Origin: an uncultured Solirubrobacterales bacterium
GTDB taxonomy: Bacteria > Actinomycetota > Thermoleophilia > Solirubrobacterales > 70-9
DNA: 64,000 nt
NCBI GenBank assembly: GCA_963729065.1
Contig: CAVSMS010000003.1
Location: forward strand, 8,005-72,004
Direction of reading: 5' to 3'
In this document: positions 51,105 to 59,131 of the stretch, piece after piece
How the letters are laid out: each line of letters starts with the position of its first letter
How positions within the stretch are numbered: the first letter of the stretch is position 1
Made by a program: the position numbers and the translations under genes
Notes under the pieces: generated by a model
The model's input: the letters and a program-made list of their open reading frames with translations, nothing else
Database searches by the model: none
What the model was told of the DNA's origin: nothing

Positions 51105-51692
51105 ATGAACGACTCAGATCAGAATCAGGCGCCTCAACAGCGGCGCGGCTCGGCTACGCCTCACAGCCTGTCAACCGATCAGGCCGAGCGCGAGGCCTCC
51201 GGAGCCCATCCCTACGGGCGCTACCTGGAGGAGTTCGAGGTCGGCGCCGTCTACAAGCACTGGCCCGCGAAGACGGTCACCGAGGCCGACGACCACCTCT
51301 TCTGCCTGATCACGATGAACCACCACCCGCTGCACCTGAACGACGTCTACGCGGGCGCCTCCCAGCAGGGCCAGAACGTGGTCGTCGGGCCGCTGGTCTA
51401 CTCGCTGGCGCTCGGGATGTCGGTCTCCGACGTCTCCGGCAAGGCGATCGCCAACCTGGCGACCGAGGAGCTCTCGCACCCGAACCCGGTCTTCCACGGC
51501 GACACGCTCTACTGCGAGTCCGAGGTGTTGGACGTGCGCGAGTCGAAGTCCAAGCCCGACCGCGGCGTGGTCAAGGTCCACACGCGCGTCTACAAGCAGG
51601 ACAACACCCTGGTCGCGGAGTTCAAGCGCGCGGTGCTCGTCCCCCGCAAGACGCCCGGCGAGGCGCCGCCCCCCGAGGGCGGCGTCGAGTAG
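51105..51692 (+). CDS. MaoC-family (R)-specific enoyl-CoA hydratase/dehydratase
   Basis: Hotdog-fold pattern YGRYLEEFEVGAVYKHWPAKTVTEADDHLFCLITMNHHPLHLN...HPNPVFHGDTLYCESEVL. Single-domain type, as found next to CitE-like lyases. Confidence 0.85.
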   Translation: MNDSDQNQAPQQRRGSATPHSLSTDQAEREASGAHPYGRYLEEFEVGAVYKHWPAKTVTEADDHLFCLITMNHHPLHLNDVYAGASQQGQNVVVGPLVYSLALGMSVSDVSGKAIANLATEELSHPNPVFHGDTLYCESEVLDVRESKSKPDRGVVKVHTRVYKQDNTLVAEFKRAVLVPRKTPGEAPPPEGGVE

Positions 51693-51696
51693 CCCC

Positions 51697-52683
51697 TCAG
51701 CCCGTCGCGATCAGCTCGGCGACCGACTCGAGCGCGGCGTCGAAGTCGGTCCGCGGCAGGCCGCCGATCCCGGGAGAGACCGCGCCCGCGTCGCGATAGC
51801 GGCGGACCGCGGCGTGCACCTCCTCGGGGCCGCCGATGCCGGCCAGCTCGCCGAGCATCCGGTCCGAGAGCCCGGCCTTGGCGCGCTCGATGTCCCCGGC
51901 GGCCATGCCCTCGTCGAAGGCGGCGATCTCGTCGCCGAACCCCGACGCCTCGAGCATCGCCCGGTAGAACGGCAGCGAGGCGTAGGGCACGAGGTCCTGG
52001 CGCAGCGCGGCCCGCGCCGCGTCCGGGTCGTCGGTGAGCGCCACGGGGACGGCGGCCACGACGTCGAAGCCGTCGCCACTGCGCCCGGCCTTCTCGAACC
52101 CCGCGCGAAGCGCGGGAATGACCGTGTCGCGGATGTACGACGGACAGCAGAGCCACAGCATCACTCCGTCGGCCAGCTCGGCGGCGAGCCGGATCATGTT
52201 CGGCGACAGCGCCGCGACGTAGATCGGCAGGTCGGGTCGGGCCGAGTAGCCCATGAACGCGAACTTGGTCGGGAAGCGCTCGGAGTCGGGCGGGGTATCC
52301 CCGCGGAGGATCGCGCGAACGGCCTCGAGGTATTCGCGCATCTGTGTCACCGGCTTGTCGATCTTCGCCCCGTGCCAGTTCTCGACCGTGACCCGGTGCG
52401 AGACCCCGAGGCCGAGGACCATTCGCCCGCCCGAGTGCTCGTCGATCGTGGCCGCCGTCTGCGCCATGGTCGCCGGGGTGCGGGTGAAGATCGGCACCAC
52501 GCCGGTGCCGAGCCTGATCCGCTCGCTGACCCCGGCGTAGGCCATGAGCGTCGTGAGCGAGTCGCGCCCGGCGATGTGGGTGGTGTACGCGGCGTCGTAG
52601 CCGAGCCGGTCGGCGAGCGCCACCCGGTCGAGTGTGCGCTCCAGCGAGCGGCCCGGCGAGATGAAGGCGCTGATCCCGGCCAC
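51697..52683 (-). CDS. LLM-class (luciferase-like) flavin/F420-dependent oxidoreductase
   Basis: 328-aa intact ORF. Family pattern GYDAAYTTHIAGRDSLTTLMAYAG...RIRLGTGVVPIFTRTPATMAQTAATIDEHSGGRMVLGLGVS. Confidence 0.85.
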   Translation of the reverse strand: MAGISAFISPGRSLERTLDRVALADRLGYDAAYTTHIAGRDSLTTLMAYAGVSERIRLGTGVVPIFTRTPATMAQTAATIDEHSGGRMVLGLGVSHRVTVENWHGAKIDKPVTQMREYLEAVRAILRGDTPPDSERFPTKFAFMGYSARPDLPIYVAALSPNMIRLAAELADGVMLWLCCPSYIRDTVIPALRAGFEKAGRSGDGFDVVAAVPVALTDDPDAARAALRQDLVPYASLPFYRAMLEASGFGDEIAAFDEGMAAGDIERAKAGLSDRMLGELAGIGGPEEVHAAVRRYRDAGAVSPGIGGLPRTDFDAALESVAELIATG

Positions 52684-52689
52684 GCGCGG

Positions 52690-53658
52690 CTACGGTTTCA
52701 GCACGACGCGACCGAAGGCCTGGCGGCTTTCGATGTAGGCGTGTGCGGCGGCGGCCTCGGCGAGCGGGAACGTCCGGTCGATCTCGACGCGAACGTCGCC
52801 GCTCGCGACTCGGTCCAACAGCTCGGCGATCATCGGGTGGACGCGCGGGTACTCGGCCAGCAGCGCCCCGCCGAGAAAGACGCCGCGCAGCGTCTGGTTC
52901 TGCGGCCACAGATCCCTTGCCTCGACGCTGGAGCCGGCGCGACCCGTGACGCCCACGCTGACGAGCGTCCCGCGGTAGGCGAGTGCGCCGATGCTGTCGC
53001 TCAGCGTCTGGCCGCCGACAGAGTCGAGGATCACGTCGACGCCGCGGCCGTCGGTCAGCTCCCGCGCTCGCTCGACGAAGTTCTCGGTGGCGTAGTTGAT
53101 CCCGTGGTCGAGCCCGAACTCCCGCAGGCGTTCGAGCTTTTCGTCCTTGGACGCGGTCGAGATCACGGTCGCGCCGGCTTGCTTGGCGAGCTGGATCGCG
53201 GCCATCCCGACACCTCCGGCCCCCGCGTGGATCAGGGCCGTCTGCCCGGGCTCGAGGTGGGCGGCGGTGAACAGGCACTCCTGGGCGGTCCCGAAGGCGA
53301 CCGGAACGCACGCGGCCGGAGCTGCCTCCAACCCGTCGGGGATCAGCCAGCTCGACAGGGCGGGAACGGCCCGCTTGGAGGCGTGCGAGCCCCCCAGGTT
53401 CAGGGTCACGACGCGGTCGCCGACCGAGCGGTTCTCGACGCCGGCGCCGATCTCGGCCACGGTGCCCGCGGCGAGGTAGCCGACGATGTGGGGGACCGAG
53501 GGCGGGGGCGACCCGGCTCGGTGCAGCAGGTCCCCGCCCTCGATGCTGATCGCCTCGACGTCGATCACCACGCAGCCGTCGGGACACTCCGGATCGGGGA
53601 CGTCCTCGTATTGCAGGACGTCCGGGCCGCCGTTCTCGTAGATCACCGCCGCCTTCAT
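52690..53658 (-). CDS. NADPH:quinone oxidoreductase / zinc-type alcohol dehydrogenase family (MDR)
   Basis: ATG (MKAAVIYENGGPDVL) lies inside the longer ORF 52690..54309. Cofactor motif HAGAGGVGMAAIQLAK. Typical C-terminus HAYIESRQAFGRVVL. Confidence 0.9.
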   Translation of the reverse strand: MKAAVIYENGGPDVLQYEDVPDPECPDGCVVIDVEAISIEGGDLLHRAGSPPPSVPHIVGYLAAGTVAEIGAGVENRSVGDRVVTLNLGGSHASKRAVPALSSWLIPDGLEAAPAACVPVAFGTAQECLFTAAHLEPGQTALIHAGAGGVGMAAIQLAKQAGATVISTASKDEKLERLREFGLDHGINYATENFVERARELTDGRGVDVILDSVGGQTLSDSIGALAYRGTLVSVGVTGRAGSSVEARDLWPQNQTLRGVFLGGALLAEYPRVHPMIAELLDRVASGDVRVEIDRTFPLAEAAAAHAYIESRQAFGRVVLKP

Positions 53659-53715
53659 CGGCGCCGCGACTCTATTCGAGCAGGTGATCGCCGTCGCCCT
53701 GCGAAGCCATCCGGC

Positions 53716-53985
53716 GTGCCTTCCGTCTACCTGCTCCGCTGCGCCGACGACTCCCTCTACTGCGGGTGGACGACCGATGTCGAGCGGCGACTGGCGGCAC
53801 ACCGTTCCGGCACCGCCAGCCGCTACACGCGCAGCCGCCGCCCGATCGAGCTCGCGCTCGTGATCTCCGTTGCCGATCGATCCGCCGCGCTGCGCGAAGA
53901 GGCCCGGATCAAGCGGCTGCCCCGCGCCGCCAAGCTTGCGCTCATCGAGGCATCGTTGGAGCCCCGTGCACTCCGTCACCCGTAG
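53716..53985 (+). CDS. GIY-YIG nuclease-family small protein (UPF0213/YhbQ-like)
   Basis: GTG start. The pattern is PSVYLLRCADDSLYCGWTTDVERRLAAHRSG...YTRSRRPIEL...ALREEARIKRL. It lies in the tail of the long 51814..53985 ORF. Confidence 0.75.
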   Translation: MPSVYLLRCADDSLYCGWTTDVERRLAAHRSGTASRYTRSRRPIELALVISVADRSAALREEARIKRLPRAAKLALIEASLEPRALRHP

Positions 53986-54433
53986 CTCCGTCGTCGCCCG
54001 CCCGCGGCGCGGGTCTGGGCGCGGGCGATCACCGAGGAGGGGATCAACGACGAGCTGGCTCCGATCCTGCGGATGACGATGCCGCCGGGACTGCGCGGGC
54101 GGACGGTCGACGACGTCGAGGTCGGGGTGCCGCTCGGGCGGAGCTGGATCCTGCTGGGCCGCGTGCTGCCGGTCGACTACGACGACCTGTGCCTCGCCGA
54201 GCTCGAGCCCGGCCGGCGCTTCCTCGAGCGTTCGAGCACGCTCAGCTTCAGCGTCTGGGAGCACGAGCGCGTGATCGAGCCCGAGGGCGAGGCGCGCCTG
54301 CCGCGTCACCGACCGGCTCGGGTTCGAGCTTCGCCGCGGCGTCGCCTGGATTCCGGGCTCGGCGCGGGTCGCGGCGGCGATCGTCGGCGCGCTCTTCCGC
54401 CACCGCCACCGGCGGTTGGCGCGCGACGGCTAG
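53966..54433 (+). pseudogene. SRPBCC-like hypothetical protein, 2 frameshifts (assignment tentative)
   Basis: Reconstruction: VHSVTRSSVVARP | AARVWARAITEEGINDELAPILRMTMPPGL...FSVWEHERVIEPEGE | CRVTDRLGFELRRGVAWIPGSARVAAAIVGALFRHR. The switches are near 54005 and 54300. The GTG start overlaps the GIY-YIG gene by 20 nt. Confidence 0.45.
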
Positions 54434-54453
54434 CCAACGGTCCGGCAGCAGCC

Positions 54454-54856
54454 TCAGGCGGCGAGCCCGGCGGCTTCGAGCGCCTCGGCTCGGGACGTGA
54501 ACGAGCGGGCGCGGACCACCGTCTCGCCGTCGAAGGTCCAGACCACCGCGAACTCCTGGGTCGACCGGCACGCCGCTGCCGACGCCCTGCGCCGAGATGC
54601 CGAGCACGACCACGACCTGGTCGCCGTGGTCGATGATCTCCTCGACCTCCTGGGTGTAGTCCTTCCAGGTCTCCTGAGCGTCCGACAGCCACTCCATCGT
54701 CCCGTCGTAGCCCTTGAAGACGCGGCCGTCCCAGACGTGGTGGAACTCGAACTCCGGGCCGAGGCGCTCACGCGACAGCGCCTTGAAGGTCTCCAGGTCC
54801 CCGCGCTCGAGCGCCTCGTAACCGCGCCGCACGAACTCGACGTTCTGCTTCGACAT
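54454..54856 (-). CDS. SnoaL-like / NTF2-family protein, 1 frameshift near 54565
   Basis: MSKQNVEFVRRGYEALERGDLETFKALS...EIIDHGDQVVVVLGISAQG is in ORF 54248..54928. The C-terminus QEFAVVWTFDGETVVRARSFTSRAEALEAAGL is in ORF 54454..54771. Confidence 0.65.
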
Positions 54857-55130
54857 GACAGTCGAGTATCGCGTCTGGACTACCGCGCTGCCGCCGCCGC
54901 GCCCAGCTCCGCACGAGCACCGCGCCAACGAAGACGATGGGGAACGCGAGGAAAGCCCAGCCGCCGATCAACGGGTAGAGGCACACAACCGCGAGGACGG
55001 TCCCGACCGCGATCAGGAAGGCATCCCCCTCTTCGGTCAGCCCCCCGGTGAGAAGCTGCATCCCTCGCGCGCTCAGCCGCTCCTGCTCATGCTGCGCTCG
55101 CCGCTCAGGAGTCGACTGCTCAGATTCCAT
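54768..55130 (-). CDS. small membrane protein (2 TM), end uncertain
   Basis: ORF with a charged N-terminus and two hydrophobic helices (AFLIAVGTVLAVVCLYPLIGGWAFLAFPIVFVGAVLV). The last 30 or so codons overlap the next gene, so the true stop may differ. Confidence 0.35.
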   Translation of the reverse strand: MESEQSTPERRAQHEQERLSARGMQLLTGGLTEEGDAFLIAVGTVLAVVCLYPLIGGWAFLAFPIVFVGAVLVRSWARRRQRGSPDAILDCHVEAERRVRAARLRGARARGPGDLQGAVA

Positions 55131-55210
55131 CTGAAGGGGATATCGGCGGCTGCTCCGGCGGCGTGAGCCCGACGGGTCAAAACGCCCTTGCGCTTACCAT
55201 CGCTCGTCCG

Positions 55211-55858
55211 ATGGCGACCCCCGCGGCGGTGATCTTCGACAACGACGGGCTCCTGCTCGACACCGAGTCGGTGTGGTCGCGCGGGGAGGAGGAGATCTTC
55301 CGCCGCCGTGGCCTCGTGTTCACGCACGAGCACAAGCGCGAGCTGGTCGGCACCTCGGCCCAGGCGGCGGGGGCGACCCTCGCCCGGCAGCTCGGCGAGC
55401 CGGGCACCGCCGCGGAGCTGATCGCCGAGCTCGACGGGCTCGTGCTCGACGAGCTCGAGCGCGGGGTGGAGCCGCTGGCCGGGGCGGTCGATCTGGTCGC
55501 CGAGCTGCAGGGTCGCGGGGTGGTCACCGGCGTGGTCTCGAACTCGCCGCTCGGCTTCATCACCCGCGCTCTCGAGCTGGGCGGCCTCGACGGCTTTCAT
55601 GTGGTCGTGAGCGGGCACGACGTGCCGGCCCCGAAGCCCGCCCCCGACGCCTACCTGGCGGCCTGCGAGCGGCTCTCGGTCACCCCGTCGCGCGACGTCG
55701 TCGCCTTCGAGGACTCTCCGACCGGGGTCGCCGCGGCGCGGGCCGCGGGGCTCACGGTGCTCGGCGTCCCGTCCCTCGAGGGGATCGAGCTCCTCGAGGC
55801 GCACGAGGTGTTCGCATCGCTTGCCGAGCCCGCGGTGCGGGCGCGGCTGGGACTCTGA
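55211..55858 (+). CDS. HAD-superfamily hydrolase (beta-phosphoglucomutase/phosphatase subfamily IA)
   Basis: Start at MATPAAVIFDNDGLLLDTE (motif I DxDG). Motif II is VSNS. Motif III/IV is KPAPD...FEDSPTGVAAARAAG. Confidence 0.85.
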   Translation: MATPAAVIFDNDGLLLDTESVWSRGEEEIFRRRGLVFTHEHKRELVGTSAQAAGATLARQLGEPGTAAELIAELDGLVLDELERGVEPLAGAVDLVAELQGRGVVTGVVSNSPLGFITRALELGGLDGFHVVVSGHDVPAPKPAPDAYLAACERLSVTPSRDVVAFEDSPTGVAAARAAGLTVLGVPSLEGIELLEAHEVFASLAEPAVRARLGL

Positions 55859-55864
55859 AGGTCG

Positions 55865-56434
55865 TCAGTGCGCGTCGTCGGCGGCGTGCGCCGGCGGCCT
55901 TGATTCCTCGGCGAGCGAGGTGAGCTCGAGCACGCCTCGCGAGGCCTCCTCGAGCACCTCGGTGGCCTCCTCGGCCGAGCGGGCGTAGAGCTCGACCAGG
56001 AGGTGGACGATGATCCGCTCCTCGTCGTGCTTGTGGAAGCGCACGTGGGTGAAGAACTCGCGCGTCCCGGCTTCGCCGAAGGCGGCGTACGTGAGGCTGT
56101 CGGCGGCCTCCGGCCCGGAGCAGGTCTCGACGTTGTCCTGGTCGACCGTGACCGTGCAGGAGGCGACCCAGGGCGTGCCGGCGACCATTCGCTCCCAGCG
56201 CTCGCCGATCGGGACGACGCGCCCGTCCTCGATCGTCAGGTGGGGCTGGTCGTGCATGCAGTCGAGGCACTGGACAACGGCCTCCTGGACCTCCTCGACC
56301 CGCTCCGCGGTCTCGCCCGAGTCGGGATCGACGCGGATGATCGCGTCGTAGTGAACCTGCGCCTCGAGCCGCGTCGACCAGCAGCGATAGCAGCGCAACC
56401 AGGCCGTTCGATCGCCGTTGAGCTCGGGGCTCAC
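55865..56434 (-). CDS. hypothetical protein with putative zinc ribbon (CxxC...CxxC)
   Basis: 189-aa ORF with protein-like composition. Cys pairs CYRC and CLDC. Acidic C-terminus. I recognise no family. Confidence 0.5.
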   Translation of the reverse strand: MSPELNGDRTAWLRCYRCWSTRLEAQVHYDAIIRVDPDSGETAERVEEVQEAVVQCLDCMHDQPHLTIEDGRVVPIGERWERMVAGTPWVASCTVTVDQDNVETCSGPEAADSLTYAAFGEAGTREFFTHVRFHKHDEERIIVHLLVELYARSAEEATEVLEEASRGVLELTSLAEESRPPAHAADDAH

Positions 56435-56524
56435 CGGCGTCGGTCCGGTCGCGATATGCGGGGACTCAGCTCAACCATGCTCGAACGCTGGACTGAGGGT
56501 AGCGCCGCCCGGCGGGCTCGGAGC

Positions 56525-57085
56525 TCAGCTCAGCTCGCCCGGCAAGAGCGAGTACATGAGCATGTCGCGGCGTCTGCCGCCGACGTGCATGAACGACCTC
56601 AGCAGCCCCTCGCGCGAGAAGCCGACGGTCTCGGCGACCCGCAGCGAGGCCGCGTTGCCGGGCTCGATCCAGAGCTCGATCCTCTTCACGCCGAGCTCGG
56701 CGAACGCGTATCCGCACAGCAGGCCCAGCCCCCGCCGGGCGACGCCGCGACGGCGCTCGTCGGCGGCGACCCAGTAGCCGGCCGAGCACCGGCCGCTCTC
56801 GGGGTCGAGGTTGTGGAGGGCGACCGCGCCGAGCAGGCGCCCGTCGGTGGCGTCGACGATCAGCGTCGGTAGCTCGGTGCCGGTGCGAAGCCCGGTGCTC
56901 GCCATCCGCTGCCACTGGCGAGCCTCCTCCTCGCCGTAGGCGTCGGGGACCCGGGTGTAGCGCGGGATCTCGGGATCCTGGACGGCGGCCACGATCGCCG
57001 GGACGTCCGCCTCGCTCATCAGCCGCAGGGTGACGACGCCGTCGCTGAGCCCCTCGACCGGGAACTCGATCCGCACGCGGGTCAT
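56525..57085 (-). CDS. GNAT N-acetyltransferase (RimJ/RimL-like)
   Basis: Start MTRVRIEF overlaps the upstream stop (ATGA). The pattern is VTLRLMSEADVPAI...GYWVAADERRRGVARRGLGLLCGYAFAELGVKRIELWIEPGNAASLRVAETVGFSREG. Confidence 0.85.
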   Translation of the reverse strand: MTRVRIEFPVEGLSDGVVTLRLMSEADVPAIVAAVQDPEIPRYTRVPDAYGEEEARQWQRMASTGLRTGTELPTLIVDATDGRLLGAVALHNLDPESGRCSAGYWVAADERRRGVARRGLGLLCGYAFAELGVKRIELWIEPGNAASLRVAETVGFSREGLLRSFMHVGGRRRDMLMYSLLPGELS

Positions 57086-58008
57086 CGCCCCGCACCGGCC
57101 AGGTCCGCCGCGACCTGCCGCGCGGCTGCCACCGGGTCGGCCGACAGCGGCGGCGTGCCCACCTCCTCGACCAGCACCGGGGCCGCGCCGGGGCCGCCGA
57201 GGCGCAGGGCGACCAGGCCGGCGAGGCCGCGCAGCTCGGCGACGTGGGGGCGGAGCGCGTCGGCCGTCGCCGCGGCGAGCACGACCAGCCGCGCGTCGAG
57301 CCGCTCCGCGGTCTGCGCGGCGCTCTCGATCGGCGTGTCCTGGCCGAGGTAGGCGATCCGCCAGCCGCGGGCTCGCAGCGCGAGCCCGAAGGCGATCAGC
57401 CCGAGGTCGTGCTGCTCGCCGGGCGGGCAGGCGAGCACCGCGAGCGGGCCGGTGCCGGCACCCCAGCCGCGGGCGAGCGCGACCAGGCGGGCTCGGATCA
57501 GGTTGCTCGCGAAGTGCTCCTCGCCGATGCCGACCTCGCCGCTCGCCCACCGCCGGCCGATCTCGCGCATCGCGGCGAGCATCACGTCCGCCAGCAGGGC
57601 GTCGAGTGAGAGCGCCGCGCCGGCGCGATCGAGGATCGCGTTCGCGCGGGCGTCGTCGAGCGTCGCCAGCGCCTCGGCGAGCTCGCCCGCCGCCGGGGCG
57701 ACGGTCGCCGGCGCCGGCGCACCACTCCCGTCCACGCTCGCGCCCGCGCCGGGTTCGGCGGCCTCGGCGTCGAGCAGGGAGCGCGCCGCCTCGCCCGTGG
57801 CGACGCCACCGGCGATGAGCTCGCGCATCGCGCGCACCCGGCGCTCGTCGGCCGGCGAATAGAGGCGGAAGCCGCCCGGCGAGCGCTCGGGCCGCAGGAG
57901 GCCGTACCGGCGCTCCCAGGCTCGCAGGGTGTCGACGCCGACCCCGGTGCGCCGCGAGAGCTCACCGATCCGAACGCGCCCGCTCGACGTAGGAAGCCCG
58001 GGGCTCAT
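57082..58008 (-). CDS. MerR-family regulator with B12-binding domain (CarH/LitR-type light sensor)
   Basis: N-terminal MerR HTH (RIGELSRRTGVGVDTLRAWERRYGLL). W-x9-E-H motif (WASGEVGIGEEH). E-x-H-x-x-G (EQHDLG), followed by a Rossmann-like B12-binding fold. Confidence 0.85.
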   Translation of the reverse strand: MSPGLPTSSGRVRIGELSRRTGVGVDTLRAWERRYGLLRPERSPGGFRLYSPADERRVRAMRELIAGGVATGEAARSLLDAEAAEPGAGASVDGSGAPAPATVAPAAGELAEALATLDDARANAILDRAGAALSLDALLADVMLAAMREIGRRWASGEVGIGEEHFASNLIRARLVALARGWGAGTGPLAVLACPPGEQHDLGLIAFGLALRARGWRIAYLGQDTPIESAAQTAERLDARLVVLAAATADALRPHVAELRGLAGLVALRLGGPGAAPVLVEEVGTPPLSADPVAAARQVAADLAGAGR

Positions 58009-58017
58009 GGCATAAGT

Positions 58018-58099
58018 TGGACGAACACTTGACAGAACCGAGCCTAAACGGTTATCGTCGCCGGGTCAATCTCGACGAACTCTGGACAAACACCTGACA
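58018..58099. promoter_or_regulatory. two 17-nt direct repeats plus sigma70-like promoter in the litR / SDR divergent spacer
   Basis: TGGACGAACACTTGACA (58018-58034) and TGGACAAACACCTGACA (58083-58099) match at 15 of 17 positions. The first contains TTGACA (58029-58034), followed 18 nt later by TATCGT (58053-58058). Confidence 0.45.
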
Positions 58100-58165
58100 T
58101 CAACTCCCAAATCCCGCCCGTACGGCGCCCGGTCGCTGCTCGACCGGGCGCTCGACGTCGCCGTC

Positions 58166-59131
58166 GTGCCCGGTTACGGCCGGCCCGGCTACCGGCTGCG
58201 GTCGGGCGCCTGGGGCGCGGTCGCCGACGACTCGCTGATCGCGGGTGGCGACGTGCTGGTCACCGGTGCCAGCGCGGGGATCGGCGAGGCGGCCTGCGCC
58301 GAGCTCGCGGCCCACGGCGCCCGCGTGCACATGGTCGCCCGCGACCGCGGGCGGCTCGAGGCGTCAGCTGAGCGGGTCGCGGCCCGGCTGGCGCCCGGAT
58401 CCCGCGGCGGGGTCGAGACCTGGACCTGCGACGTCTCCGACCTCGCGGCGGTGCGCGCCTTCGCCGCCCGCTTTCGCGAGCGGGATCTCGACCTGCGCGG
58501 CGTGCTCCACAACGCCGGGGTGCTCGTCGACGAGCGCCGCCGGACCGCCCAGGGCCACGAGCTGACCCTCGCCACCCACGTGCTCGGGCCGTTGCTGCTC
58601 AGCGGGCTGGTGGCCCCGCAGCTGCGCGCCGGCGCCCCGAGCCGGATGGTCTTCGTCTCCTCGGGCGGGATGTACACGTCCGGCTTGCGAGCCGACGACG
58701 TCGAGCTCGACGCCGAGCCCTTCGACGGCCCGCGCTTCTACGCGCACGCCAAGCGGCTGCAGGTCCTGGTCGCCGAGATGCTCGCGGAGCGCTGGCGTGG
58801 CGACGCGATCGCCGTCTACTCGATGCACCCCGGATGGGTGCGGACCGGGGGGCTCGACGCCTCCCTGCCCCGGTTCGCGCGGCTCGCCCGCCCGCTGCTG
58901 AGGACCCCGGCGCAGGGGGCCGATACCGCCGTCTGGCTGCTCGCCTCGCGGGAGGCGCCGCGGGCGCCGAGCGGCTTCTGGCACGACCGGCGCGCGCGCC
59001 CCGAGCACCGGCTGCCGTGGACCCGCGCGGACGCGGCCGAGGGCGAACGCGTCCTCGACGAGCTGATCCGCCTGAGCGGCTTCGACGACCGACGGCGCGA
59101 GGCCCGGGCCGGCTCGGCTCCCCCGGCGTGA
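58166..59131 (+). CDS. SDR-family oxidoreductase
   Basis: TGxxxGxG motif (VLVTGASAGIGEA), NAG, and YAHAK (YxxxK). The same frame is open and protein-like upstream to 58016 (LLDRALDVAVVPGY) with no canonical start, so the true start is uncertain. Confidence 0.8.
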   Translation: MPGYGRPGYRLRSGAWGAVADDSLIAGGDVLVTGASAGIGEAACAELAAHGARVHMVARDRGRLEASAERVAARLAPGSRGGVETWTCDVSDLAAVRAFAARFRERDLDLRGVLHNAGVLVDERRRTAQGHELTLATHVLGPLLLSGLVAPQLRAGAPSRMVFVSSGGMYTSGLRADDVELDAEPFDGPRFYAHAKRLQVLVAEMLAERWRGDAIAVYSMHPGWVRTGGLDASLPRFARLARPLLRTPAQGADTAVWLLASREAPRAPSGFWHDRRARPEHRLPWTRADAAEGERVLDELIRLSGFDDRRREARAGSAPPA

